The translations under genes were made by a program, and so were the position numbers. A stretch of 44,205 nt of DNA, taken from the sequence record PQ417132.1; one strand, given 5' to 3'. Below the pieces are notes generated by a model, which had not been told where the DNA came from, did no database searches, and saw nothing but the letters and a program-made list of their open reading frames with translations. This DNA comes from Escherichia phage vB_VIPECOTH07. Each line of letters begins with the position of its first letter. The first letter of the stretch is position 1. Of the stretch, positions 16,310 to 25,874 are shown one piece after another.

Positions 16310-16430
16310 ACTGAGTATCGCGGTACTGGCGGGATTCGCCGCCGGTGTCTACTGTCACGAGGGTCAATACGGCATGATGGTTGCCGTGTTAGGTATGTTC
16401 GTCGCAATTTATCTGTGGGTGATGGAATGA
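16299..16430 (+). CDS. small membrane peptide (~43 aa)
   Basis: Hand-translated MPSKLSIAVLAGFAAGVYCHEGQYGMMVAVLGMFVAIYLWVME; ATG overlaps the end of the polymerase gene. Confidence 0.3.
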   Translation: MPSKLSIAVLAGFAAGVYCHEGQYGMMVAVLGMFVAIYLWVME

Positions 16431-16512
16431 AAATTTACTGGTTTTATGAAGAAGACTGCCGAATCTGTCCGCGCTGTGGAATTGAGCATACGAAACGCGA
16501 GGGGTGCATATT

Positions 16513-16665
16513 ATGACAATGTTTGTATTTTGGACGATAGTAACCATGATCGCACTGTTACTCGGTGCGGGAATAGCCGCGATGTTCCGCTATGGCCTGT
16601 TCTTTAAGTTTGTCGGTGTTGCCGTTCTAGGAGGGGCTTTCCTTACTTGGGTTCTGCGCTCATGA
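16513..16665 (+). CDS. small membrane peptide (~50 aa)
   Basis: Hand-translated MTMFVFWTIVTMIALLLGAGIAAMFRYGLFFKFVGVAVLGGAFLTWVLRS; ATGA-coupled to VRR-NUC gene. Confidence 0.3.
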   Translation: MTMFVFWTIVTMIALLLGAGIAAMFRYGLFFKFVGVAVLGGAFLTWVLRS

Positions 16666-16964
16666 CTAAAGAGGGCCGCGTACAGAAATATGCAAAAGAG
16701 AGGTTCGAGGCCATCGGTGGCCTCGTTCGTAAGCTGTCTTATGAGGGTAGAAACGGGGCGCCTGACCTGCTGGTAGTCCTACCGGGAGGGGTGATATGGT
16801 TCGTCGAGGTGAAGAAAGACGAAAACACGGAACCGGAGGCCCATCAGTTGCGGGAACACAAACGGCTTCGTAAACGTGACGCAAATGTTTTTGTAGTAGG
16901 AACAAAAGAAGAGGTTGACGACCTAATAGCGAGCTATTATAGTAGTCATACACCAACAATATAA
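16662..16964 (+). CDS. VRR-NUC domain nuclease
   Basis: GAPDLLVVLPGGVIWFVEVKKD matches the VRR-NUC D...E-x-K pattern. Start moved to ATG 16662 (track 16647). Confidence 0.6.
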   Translation: MTKEGRVQKYAKERFEAIGGLVRKLSYEGRNGAPDLLVVLPGGVIWFVEVKKDENTEPEAHQLREHKRLRKRDANVFVVGTKEEVDDLIASYYSSHTPTI

Positions 16965-16975
16965 GGAATTGAGAA

Positions 16976-17179
16976 ATGAGAAAGTTAGGCCCGCACATCG
17001 TTAAGTACATGTACGAAAAATATGATGGCGACATTGTAACCGCATTGGAGGGATTAGTTGGCGCTGAATCTGTTTTAGATGATCTTGAATTTGACCGACT
17101 GTGCATATGTATAGACGAGGCAAAACGTAACGCACTGAATTATGTACTAGAAAACTACTGCACAGAGGAAGACGAATAA
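16976..17179 (+). CDS. hypothetical protein (acidic C-terminus ...TEEDE)
   Basis: ATG ORF with upstream GGAA; no motif. Confidence 0.45.
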   Translation: MRKLGPHIVKYMYEKYDGDIVTALEGLVGAESVLDDLEFDRLCICIDEAKRNALNYVLENYCTEEDE

Positions 17180-17373
17180 TGAATAAATACGAATATGACC
17201 GCAAACCAGCACGCGACATCGTACCCGGTGACATGATTTTCAACGTTAAGACACGCCAGCCTGTTGCCGTTGATACGGTGTTCGTCGAGTCGAACGGTAA
17301 ACTGGTTATCGAAGACGTAACTGGTAACGTTACAGCGTTTGGGCGTAAAGAGCTTGTTCTGGTGGCAAAATGA
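17179..17373 (+). CDS. hypothetical protein
   Basis: ATG overlaps upstream stop (TAATG). Confidence 0.45.
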   Translation: MNKYEYDRKPARDIVPGDMIFNVKTRQPVAVDTVFVESNGKLVIEDVTGNVTAFGRKELVLVAK

Positions 17374-18794
17374 GTAAGTTTCAAAGGCGCGAATATCAGA
17401 AGCTCATGACTTCGTTCATGCTGCAACACCCGCGCTGTAATATCTGGTGTGGCATGGGAGGGGGTAAAACCTCCTCTACTATGTGGGTGTTAAACCGCTT
17501 GTTCCGCAACGGGCAGCTTACAGAAGAGGACCGCGTGTTAATCCTCGCCCCGTTGCGTGTTGCGTCGGGTACGTGGCCTGCAGAACAAGAGAAATGGAAC
17601 TTCCCTTGTCTGCGTGTCGTCGATGCGACCGGTTCGGAGAAGCGCCGCATCGCGGCGCTGGAGTCAGACGCTAACGTGGTGTGCACTAACTACGAAGTTA
17701 TCGAGTGGCTAATTGACTACTACGGCAAAGACGACTGGCCTTTTACGGTTATCGTTGCCGATGAAAGCACGAAGCTTAAATCGTTCCGCAGCCGTTCGGG
17801 TGGTAGCAAGCGGGCAAAGGCGCTCAGCAAGGTTGCGTTCGGAAAGGTTAAGCGTTTCATCAACCTTACTGGTACACCGTCGCCAAACGGCCTCAAGGAC
17901 TTGTGGGGGCAGAACTGGTTTATCGACGCTGGCGAGCGACTCGGTTCATCGTACACAGCATTCACCGACCGCTGGTTTAACTCGGTACAGAAAGGTAAAT
18001 CGGCTATGGCCCGCGAGTATCATGCACGACCGGGTGCGGATAATGAGATTCATCAGAAGATGAAAGACATCAGCCTGACCATAGACCCTGCCGAGTGGTT
18101 TGGTTGTGAAGCGCCTGTTATCGTACCGGTTGAAATAGACCTACCGAAGAAGGCGCGTCAGGCGTACATAGATATGGAGGAGAAGTTATTCGCAGAACTG
18201 GAGAGCGGGGAAGTTGAAGCGGCTAACGCTGCGGCGAAGACCTCAAAGTGCTTGCAGATTGCATCTGGTGCCGTGTATGTGTCAGGGCCGGATGGCGAAG
18301 CGACCAAAGACTGGGAGAAAGTGCACGACACGAAACTGGATGCGCTCGAGTCGATTGTTGAGGAGTTGCAGGGTGCGCCGTTGCTGGTAGCCTATCAGTT
18401 TAAACACGAACTGGAGCGTATCCTTAAGCGATTCCCTCAGGCGCAGGCTTTTTCTAAGGGTGCGAAGGGTAATAAGCAGATGGAAGCGTGGAACCGTGGC
18501 GAAATCGAAATCTTATGCGTGCATCCCGCGTCAGCCGGTCATGGTTTGAATTTACAGGACGGCGGGCATCATCTGGCATTCATCTCGCAAGGCTGGAACC
18601 TTGAGCACTATTTGCAGGTTGTCGAGCGCATAGGCCCCGTACGCCAGAAACAGGCGGGTCACGAGCGCCCGGTGTTCCTTTATCACATCGTTGCTAAAGA
18701 CACTCTGGACGGGGTTGTCGCCGCGCGTACCGACGAGAAGAAATCGGTACAGGAAGAGTTGCTTAATTACATGAAGAGACGAGGTAAGAAATGA
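17370..18794 (+). CDS. superfamily 2 DNA helicase (SNF2/DEAD-like)
   Basis: Walker A CGMGGGKTSS, motif II VIVADESTKLKS, C-terminal helicase-domain motifs HPASAGHGLNLQDGGHHLAF. Confidence 0.75.
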   Translation: MSKFQRREYQKLMTSFMLQHPRCNIWCGMGGGKTSSTMWVLNRLFRNGQLTEEDRVLILAPLRVASGTWPAEQEKWNFPCLRVVDATGSEKRRIAALESDANVVCTNYEVIEWLIDYYGKDDWPFTVIVADESTKLKSFRSRSGGSKRAKALSKVAFGKVKRFINLTGTPSPNGLKDLWGQNWFIDAGERLGSSYTAFTDRWFNSVQKGKSAMAREYHARPGADNEIHQKMKDISLTIDPAEWFGCEAPVIVPVEIDLPKKARQAYIDMEEKLFAELESGEVEAANAAAKTSKCLQIASGAVYVSGPDGEATKDWEKVHDTKLDALESIVEELQGAPLLVAYQFKHELERILKRFPQAQAFSKGAKGNKQMEAWNRGEIEILCVHPASAGHGLNLQDGGHHLAFISQGWNLEHYLQVVERIGPVRQKQAGHERPVFLYHIVAKDTLDGVVAARTDEKKSVQEELLNYMKRRGKK

Positions 18795-19306
18795 TGGATT
18801 TCGAAGAGTTTCTACTTAAAGCTCATCTGCTGGCGCGTGGGTTTGACGCTGACCGTCTCCAGGTAGTCTTAGCCCCTGGAGTAGCTACGTTTTACCTGTG
18901 GGGGTTTGACGGTAGGCTTCGCGGATACCAGCATTACAAACCACATGCCGAAAAGAACTGTAAAAACCCTAAAGACGCGCGGTACTTTACCAGAACAACA
19001 AGGCCGTGTTTATGGGGGCTTGAGTATTTGCCGGAAAGCGGGGTGGTATTTGTTACCGAAAGCATATTCAAAGCCGTAGCCTTGATGAATTGCGGGTTCA
19101 ATGCTGTAAGCGCACTGGGGTCAAATATATCAACAGACCTACGGCAGCAAATGTCACTTTTGCCGTATGACTGGGTGTGCGCTGGCGACAATGATAAAGC
19201 TGGATTAAAGTTCAGCAAAACATTCACCAGAGGATTTGTATCTAACGACCTTGATGAACTTTGTGAAGAAGAAATAACGTATCTTGCGAGGAAATTTACC
19301 AGATGA
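18791..19306 (+). CDS. Toprim-domain protein (putative DnaG-type primase core)
   Basis: Conserved Glu in VFVTESIFKAVALMNCGF and DxD in VCAGDNDKAG match Toprim catalytic motifs. Confidence 0.5.
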   Translation: MMDFEEFLLKAHLLARGFDADRLQVVLAPGVATFYLWGFDGRLRGYQHYKPHAEKNCKNPKDARYFTRTTRPCLWGLEYLPESGVVFVTESIFKAVALMNCGFNAVSALGSNISTDLRQQMSLLPYDWVCAGDNDKAGLKFSKTFTRGFVSNDLDELCEEEITYLARKFTR

Positions 19307-19440
19307 ACATCATAGCTCCGATTCCAGCATTGCAAAAACGTATCAAGGAACTCGAAGAAGAGGTTCTGCGACTACGGCAGCAAAGAGACGCCGCTAATGC
19401 GCAACTGGCGTTTGTACTGGAGAAGTTATCAGAAGAGTAG
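19303..19440 (+). CDS. hypothetical small protein (~45 aa, coiled-coil-like)
   Basis: Hand-translated MNIIAPIPALQKRIKELEEEVLRLRQQRDAANAQLAFVLEKLSEE; last gene before the bidirectional terminator. Confidence 0.3.
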   Translation: MNIIAPIPALQKRIKELEEEVLRLRQQRDAANAQLAFVLEKLSEE

Positions 19441-19442
19441 AG

Positions 19443-19474
19443 AAAAGGCCCCGTTTGGGGCCTTAGTTTTATTT
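19443..19474. terminator. bidirectional rho-independent terminator between convergent modules
   Basis: AAGGCCCC-gttt-GGGGCCTT flanked by T-runs on both strands; separates the replication operon (+) from the tailspike (-). Confidence 0.7.
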
Positions 19475-22423
19475 CTCTTCTAGCGCTGCCAGCCTCTGCT
19501 CTAACTCACGCATCTTCTTACGCTGATACGCAATCTCTAGGAAGAACATCTGGTCTGCCCTAATCCCCCATCTGCCGCCGGGGGCTGTTATTTGTACGGT
19601 CTGACCATCTTCATCAACGCCATACGTAGCTTCAATTGAGTCGTAGCACAAGAAAGCATATTTACAGTCTGTAGAACCCTCTTCCATAAGCCCATGTTTG
19701 ACCAAGATGTCTCGCACATCTTGAGCTATCACGCCGAAGTGTATCCTTGCAGTGTCACCCTTGATTGCTAGGCTTTCAAGCCACTTAAAAGATATTACAT
19801 GTATATCTTCCCATGCGGTAAGGAGTTGTTGCTCAATTTCCTCTTTGTTCGTCTTAAGTGTACCGTCAGACGTGTTTATCGTACCGGTGGTCGCGTACAC
19901 CGTAGTCCACCTATTACCTGCCGAACCTAAAGACACTTGCGAGTCTAAGTAAGGAAGGAAATTGTCGTATGAGTAGAAGCCTCCTGACGCATACATAATA
20001 GCCCTGTTAGGCGTTGCATGGTTCGACCCGTACAGTTGCAGCAATGCACCGTCGGAACTGGATGCGCCATCACCGCCACTAACAATCAGTCGTTGAGCAG
20101 ATGGGGTTTTAGTCGGGACTGTTTTTGAAATCAGCCCGTAATCACCATCAAACCGTGCCCGCACGGCAGACTGTTGTGTGCCATCGTATTCCAACCCCGT
20201 TACACGCAGGGAGTACACGCTTATTTCATTGTCAAACGTCAAAGGTGCTTCTACATGACGGACACCATCTACACCCATTGCGACAGGTAGTGTACGGTTA
20301 GGAGTTGCTCCGTATTTGAAATCACGGGACACATACGGGTGGTCTTCAATCTTTATCCGGTAGCTATATAAGTCAGCCGGATGCCCATCATGCTTGTACC
20401 ATAACTTCGCACTGTTATCCCCTATGCTCCAGGGAGAGAAGAAGTCTTCCCCTCCAAAGATATAGTACAACCAGCCATCTTTAACACAGACAGAGCCGAC
20501 GCCGACGGCAGAGTTAACGATATGGCCCTGGTATATTTGGTCGGTAATATTAAACCACTGAACATCATCTAAAGATGAAGGCCATGACGACACATTAACT
20601 TTGCACATAAAGGTCCGTGGATACGAACCTTCATAGCGGCTGTCCGGCTCACCCCCTTCCCACTCGCCAAAGGCACGTTCTGTACCAAAGATGTAGAGAT
20701 AGTCACCTACTTTAGCGAACGGAAGATTGGAGTGATGTACATTGTTCGGAAATCGCAAGTAGCTCCAGTTTTGCCCAGAATCGGTGCTCATCGCCAGTGT
20801 AGCGCCAGGGGAAGTAGGTAATGTGCCGCGTGTGGTAAGGTAGAGCACACCTCCATAACTTTTCACGCACGGCTCAGAAGCGTTATCAGCGTATGCCTGA
20901 GCGACAGTGCGACGAACGAATACGCCTGGATTGTCATACACGTTACTAAAATACAAGACGCCAAGACGACGAGGGGACACATCGCCGTTGTGGTAGCCGA
21001 CAGCGATAGTGTAGTTAGTATCATCTATAACCGCAAAACTATGTGTCTCCGTGACACACAAATCAGCGTTAGTGGAGTATGCCACCCCCGGCAATTCGGT
21101 AATTTCCCACGGGCTGTCCCAGAATCGCGTTGCGAAGTTCCAGGTAACACCCGCATTGTTTATGGTGGAACTCGCAGGGCTTGAGAGCGTAACAGTGAAC
21201 GTATTTCGGTTAATTATAGACGCAACCGTCATATTACCCGATACGCCAGTTGCCGATGTATTAGAGAAGTTAACCGCATCTCCTGCTTTTAGGCCATGAT
21301 TTTCTATAACAATGGTAGCAGTAGTGGAGCCAGAACTAATAGTTATTCCGCCGGTTGGGTGTCTAAAATACGGCATTGGGCGTGACCAAAGTTCTGCCTT
21401 CTTCATCCGCATATTAGATAAGTAGCGGGTTTCTATAACCGCATATAATCGGTTGCCGCACGTACCCATGCTCATGCAGTGGTAATTAACTCTGTCCGCA
21501 GAAACACTAGCATTATAGTCAGCATGGATTGGAGTCAACCACTCAGGCATTGACCAAGTCTGCCCGTCGTCGCCAGAGCGAACCCAAGCTACATGTAAGT
21601 TTTGAACGCCATGTCGTTCGCCCGCCATAAACGGGGCGTAAATAACATGGTCGTAGACGAAAGTTTTATCCTGCGTCCATGCGTTGTAGAACGGGGTATC
21701 CGTCACCTTAGTTAGTGAGCTGTTAAAGAAGCCATCAGCTACATAAGTAAGCGGTTGCCCGGCTACGCGCTCGTAAACGAATGCAGCATTCTTAAATTTA
21801 CTAATGTCAGGTAATTGGGAAACTTTATAAGTCAAACCCCTGCCGTCTATAATCCAATTGTTGGGAGAAGCTGCTAATACATTAAAAATAGATTGAGTAT
21901 CATCAGTTACACCGTCGCCCACGGCGCCCCATGCGCGTGGGTCGTATTCGTCCTTCCATCGCGCCATATGTAAATCTGGGTACAGAATTGCACCGTTTAC
22001 ATCAGATATTTGCTGCCGCAGTATGACCGACCCGACGGGCTGCCACGCCCCATCTGCCACGCCACCGGTGGACTGCGGAGAAGACGACGCTGGGATAATT
22101 TTTGGTAGAGCACCCAACCAATAGTACCAATCCCCGTCACCGCCAGAGGACGACGGCCACAAAACTGCGGTGTTTCGGTCGTTAGCGGATAGTGTACCGC
22201 CTGACGTGAAATCAAAATCTGCCAGTTTAAAACCTGCGTCACGCAACACAGCCGGCAGTGTCTTCTGTGTCTGCCCCGTAACTGCGTTGGTCGCGTAATC
22301 AATATCTGCGCCTGCAGCTACACCGCCAGATTTACCGGTAATAACCTCAGCTTCGAAAATCTGGTGTTTCTTGGCGGTCTGTAAGTCCGCCAGGCTTAAA
22401 ACGTCACCGCATCCGCTTGACAT
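19469..22423 (-). CDS. tailspike with sialidase-like Asp-boxes and C-terminal intramolecular chaperone-like domain
   Basis: Two Asp-box motifs (SGDDGQTWS, STDSGQNWS); C-terminus ...INTSDGTLKTNKEEIEQQLL...ARIHFGVIAQDV resembles the self-cleaving chaperone domain of endosialidases and L-shaped fibres; last gene of the tail operon. Confidence 0.8.
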   Translation of the reverse strand: MSSGCGDVLSLADLQTAKKHQIFEAEVITGKSGGVAAGADIDYATNAVTGQTQKTLPAVLRDAGFKLADFDFTSGGTLSANDRNTAVLWPSSSGGDGDWYYWLGALPKIIPASSSPQSTGGVADGAWQPVGSVILRQQISDVNGAILYPDLHMARWKDEYDPRAWGAVGDGVTDDTQSIFNVLAASPNNWIIDGRGLTYKVSQLPDISKFKNAAFVYERVAGQPLTYVADGFFNSSLTKVTDTPFYNAWTQDKTFVYDHVIYAPFMAGERHGVQNLHVAWVRSGDDGQTWSMPEWLTPIHADYNASVSADRVNYHCMSMGTCGNRLYAVIETRYLSNMRMKKAELWSRPMPYFRHPTGGITISSGSTTATIVIENHGLKAGDAVNFSNTSATGVSGNMTVASIINRNTFTVTLSSPASSTINNAGVTWNFATRFWDSPWEITELPGVAYSTNADLCVTETHSFAVIDDTNYTIAVGYHNGDVSPRRLGVLYFSNVYDNPGVFVRRTVAQAYADNASEPCVKSYGGVLYLTTRGTLPTSPGATLAMSTDSGQNWSYLRFPNNVHHSNLPFAKVGDYLYIFGTERAFGEWEGGEPDSRYEGSYPRTFMCKVNVSSWPSSLDDVQWFNITDQIYQGHIVNSAVGVGSVCVKDGWLYYIFGGEDFFSPWSIGDNSAKLWYKHDGHPADLYSYRIKIEDHPYVSRDFKYGATPNRTLPVAMGVDGVRHVEAPLTFDNEISVYSLRVTGLEYDGTQQSAVRARFDGDYGLISKTVPTKTPSAQRLIVSGGDGASSSDGALLQLYGSNHATPNRAIMYASGGFYSYDNFLPYLDSQVSLGSAGNRWTTVYATTGTINTSDGTLKTNKEEIEQQLLTAWEDIHVISFKWLESLAIKGDTARIHFGVIAQDVRDILVKHGLMEEGSTDCKYAFLCYDSIEATYGVDEDGQTVQITAPGGRWGIRADQMFFLEIAYQRKKMRELEQRLAALEEK

Positions 22424-22435
22424 ATAGAGTCCTCT

Positions 22436-24991
22436 TTAATTAAAACCATTGCTGAATCCGTCGGAGAAACCGCTGCCGTATGGCGCTACGCCGTCGTATT
22501 TATAGAATCCGTCGTCATAGTTGTAGCCAGTAATCTTGACCGTGCGGTCGTCGCCCGGGTCGATTGAAGAAACAACTATCTTCTGAGCATTATGCCTTGC
22601 TTCGTTGCCGAATGAAAACTCAGTTTTTAGTGCGCTATTCCCCGTGTAGATTGCTTCTTCCGGCGCGGAGAGCATAATCACTTCGCGGTCGTGGCTTCCT
22701 TTGATAACGGAGATACTCTGTACAGAGCCGTCTCGCTTCTTGAGGATGATGGAGTGGTCATCGCCGGGGGTAAACGTAACCGGCTGCGACAGCGTCAGCG
22801 TAAGCCCATTAACGGCAACAACATAGCCGTCTTGTGGCGCAATACGCGAGCCTTTAACCACGCTGATTACGCCGCCGGGTGTAGCGAGCGCACCTTCTTC
22901 AGTAGCTTCGAACTCTACGACAACTTTACTTAACGCATTGCGCTGATATCGACGCCACGCAAGCCAGTACGCTTGCTGGTAGTTGCGCACGCCCTTCGAT
23001 TCGTATTCCTCAGTGTTTGCACCCAGTTCTTCCGGGATATAAATCGTTTCCTGTACGTTTGTATCCGGGTCGATGTACGAGAACGACAGGCTATCGTAGG
23101 TTGTCGAATCGTTGAACGTGCGGGTCCATTTCTCTGTACCGGTAGTTTTGCTGCGGTGGGTGAACACCATTTCAGGCCCAGCAACCGGACGGTCGAATCG
23201 CAGCATAATATCCGCACCTTTACGGTACGCGGTACAGAACACGGCTTCCGCTATAGTCTGAACAATGTCCTGCATCGTGGTGTCGTAGTCATCGAACGTG
23301 TAGCAGAACTGCCCCGCTAATTCACTGCCAAAATAGGACTCAATTTCTTCCTGCACGGCAAGCAACTTATCCATGTTTGCCGTTGTCAGTTCCAGATTGC
23401 CCACCGCCGGGTCGCGAGCCAGTCTGATTAGCGACTGCACGGCCTGAGTGTTTGGCGACATTACGGTATCGAATACCCCATTGCCGAGGTATTTGTAGCA
23501 CATCTCGGTCGCAATCATGCGCAGTTCAGGGTTGTCGATACTGGCGGCGCGTGGCGTCTGTTTACGGGAGCAATGTACGGTAGTTCGGTTGCCGTAGTGT
23601 GGGGTGGTGTCCAGTGACTGACCGTACAGGTTGATGAACGTTATCTCGTCGCTTACGGTACCGTCGTAGTCCTTGTCGAAATTCGTTATACGGCGCATAC
23701 GGGCACGGAAACGAGATGCGGTTGGCAACTGCCCGTAGATAGACGTACCGACGTAATCCGTGCTATTACCAGTAATCGTAGCCTGTACCGTGTAGATATC
23801 ACTCAACGGGTTACGCTGAGAGTCAATCATCTGGTACTGGAGTTCTACGGTTACGCTGGTGCGGTTATAGCCGCCGTCGTATTTGTAGAGGCCATTCTGC
23901 CCTGCGACGTTCGCGAGCACCCGGTCGACCTCTCCGCGAACCATGTAATACCAGTCCGTAAGAGATACGTCATATGTGTTGCTAGGACCAATAAACGTAT
24001 CTGAACGCTCTGTTAGTGTGTACGTCTGTCCGCTGGTCAACGCGGCCCAGTTAGACGCACCGTTTACGGCTAATCTTACTTCGAAGTCGTCGACGTATAA
24101 AACTTCAAACGAGCCGTTCAGGTTAGTGACGTCCTTAACGTCGAAATTGCTCAACACTGCGACATCACCGACACTAAGAAACTCAGAAAAAGCAGAGTCA
24201 CCCGACGGGTCATATAGGTAGCCGGTGGTCGAAATACGTTTGGCGGTTCCACCGGAGCTTGGGTTAGCCCCGATGTCGTTTGGCGCTTTCAGTACAATAC
24301 CGTCAACGTCGTCGTTGGAGTATGTCACATAGAGTTTCTGGTCGATGACGTCGCCGATTTGTAGTCGCGGCGATGCGGTGTTGTTCGGTGACGTATACGG
24401 CGCGTACACGGCAACAGAGGAACCTGTGATGTCGCTTATCAGGGTGTCGCCTTCCGTGACGCCATCGGCCTCAATATACAGATGTCCGCGCCCGGCGTCG
24501 TAGTACGAATACTCCAGCAAAGCACCAGTGGAGTTGAACGCTTTATACGTCTGCATAAGGTCGTTAGGGATTGTCTGCACAGTCCCGCAGATGTCATAAG
24601 AGCGCTCGTAAGGGCGTGGTTTGTTTGAGCGGTCCGTGAGGCTGTTATTTGGCGATGTTGTCTGGTTGTTAGTCGCCGTATAGTTGGCGTTTGCGGACAT
24701 GTTCAGGCCAAACAACTTAGCGATTGGCTTAAGGATAAAACCAAATACCTTACTAACTGCACCAAGCGCCCCGCTACCCGCACCCTCAATAATATGGTAC
24801 ACGGCGTCTTCGTCTTTAAGCGCTTCGAAGTCGTCTGTAACATCAGTATCATCGCCAATCTCGCCGAGGTAGACGCGCACAGGCACACCGTCCGGAATAC
24901 GGCTAACAACAAACTCCATCGGCATCCCGACGTGTTTTGTACGGTCGAAAGCGCCATCAGCGTTTCGCGAGTAGTGCAGGATTATCGCCAA
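22436..24991 (-). CDS. tail tip / host-specificity protein (lambda J-like)
   Basis: 851-aa protein directly after the K-like gene in a lambda-type tail order; size and position only. Confidence 0.55.
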   Translation of the reverse strand: MAIILHYSRNADGAFDRTKHVGMPMEFVVSRIPDGVPVRVYLGEIGDDTDVTDDFEALKDEDAVYHIIEGAGSGALGAVSKVFGFILKPIAKLFGLNMSANANYTATNNQTTSPNNSLTDRSNKPRPYERSYDICGTVQTIPNDLMQTYKAFNSTGALLEYSYYDAGRGHLYIEADGVTEGDTLISDITGSSVAVYAPYTSPNNTASPRLQIGDVIDQKLYVTYSNDDVDGIVLKAPNDIGANPSSGGTAKRISTTGYLYDPSGDSAFSEFLSVGDVAVLSNFDVKDVTNLNGSFEVLYVDDFEVRLAVNGASNWAALTSGQTYTLTERSDTFIGPSNTYDVSLTDWYYMVRGEVDRVLANVAGQNGLYKYDGGYNRTSVTVELQYQMIDSQRNPLSDIYTVQATITGNSTDYVGTSIYGQLPTASRFRARMRRITNFDKDYDGTVSDEITFINLYGQSLDTTPHYGNRTTVHCSRKQTPRAASIDNPELRMIATEMCYKYLGNGVFDTVMSPNTQAVQSLIRLARDPAVGNLELTTANMDKLLAVQEEIESYFGSELAGQFCYTFDDYDTTMQDIVQTIAEAVFCTAYRKGADIMLRFDRPVAGPEMVFTHRSKTTGTEKWTRTFNDSTTYDSLSFSYIDPDTNVQETIYIPEELGANTEEYESKGVRNYQQAYWLAWRRYQRNALSKVVVEFEATEEGALATPGGVISVVKGSRIAPQDGYVVAVNGLTLTLSQPVTFTPGDDHSIILKKRDGSVQSISVIKGSHDREVIMLSAPEEAIYTGNSALKTEFSFGNEARHNAQKIVVSSIDPGDDRTVKITGYNYDDGFYKYDGVAPYGSGFSDGFSNGFN

Positions 24992-25347
24992 AATTCAATC
25001 TCCGTGTACGTGTCTCTGAGGTCCGCCAGCCTGTCAAGCCGTACCTGGCGGGATGCAAGCTCGCAATGACTCACCATCCCGTCGAAGTAAACTCCCGCAT
25101 GCCACACGATACGACCCCCGCGGCGATAACCCATAAGCACCGCGCAGAAGTTTTCAGGCTTATCAATTTTTGTAAGCCCCTTCGTGTCACGGCGGCCTTC
25201 GTCAAACGCTTCGTTAATTGCCGTTGGGCTTGTAACGTCGAACGCAGGGGTTTCTAACCCGGCATCCGCGCGGACAATGCGCACGTGATGCCAGCAATTG
25301 CGTTTGCGAAAGTCGTAAGGTATGCCCGTGTAGTCGTTAATATTCAT
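24982..25347 (-). CDS. tail assembly protein, NlpC/P60-like (lambda K-like)
   Basis: Cys-His pattern NCWHHVRIV...H and position between L-like and J-like genes. Confidence 0.5.
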   Translation of the reverse strand: MNINDYTGIPYDFRKRNCWHHVRIVRADAGLETPAFDVTSPTAINEAFDEGRRDTKGLTKIDKPENFCAVLMGYRRGGRIVWHAGVYFDGMVSHCELASRQVRLDRLADLRDTYTEIEFWR

Positions 25348-25874
25348 GTGGTCAACAGGCCGCGTAATAACGGTATCTCTTTAGGTGTCATCAGTATACC
25401 AGTGCTTCGTTGGTTCAGCATAGGTGTACCGACATCTGCGGAAAACTCGCCTTTCTCCTGATTGATGGCCTGTAACTCGTACACGACAGGGCCGTCCGCA
25501 GGATAAGACAGGTCGGTGCCGACGTAACGGCGGAATACAAACTTCGGCAACTCGGTGTTACTCATCGGGATTTTATCCATCTCATCATCAAGTTGATTGA
25601 GAATATCCGGTAGTGTAAACGTCGTCGTCTGGTCCATATCGCTGTTGTTAGCGGCCCCGGACGCCTCCATCGGGGTGGGTTCGAATGTGATAGTTTCGCC
25701 GGTTTCCAGTGTCGCCGTAAGTTCCTGTAGCCCACGAACAAGATAGTACGTCTTTGACAACAACGGGTGGCTGATTTGCAACGTGATGTAGTCTATCTCG
25801 CCGTCGGGATTTGATGCCAACTTACGGCGATAGGCAGCTTCTACTGATTCCTGACTCATTGCATCGGGTCCCAA
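25344..25874 (-). CDS. minor tail protein (L-like, by position)
   Basis: Synteny in tail tip module; no motif verified. Confidence 0.4.
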   Translation of the reverse strand: MGPDAMSQESVEAAYRRKLASNPDGEIDYITLQISHPLLSKTYYLVRGLQELTATLETGETITFEPTPMEASGAANNSDMDQTTTFTLPDILNQLDDEMDKIPMSNTELPKFVFRRYVGTDLSYPADGPVVYELQAINQEKGEFSADVGTPMLNQRSTGILMTPKEIPLLRGLLTT

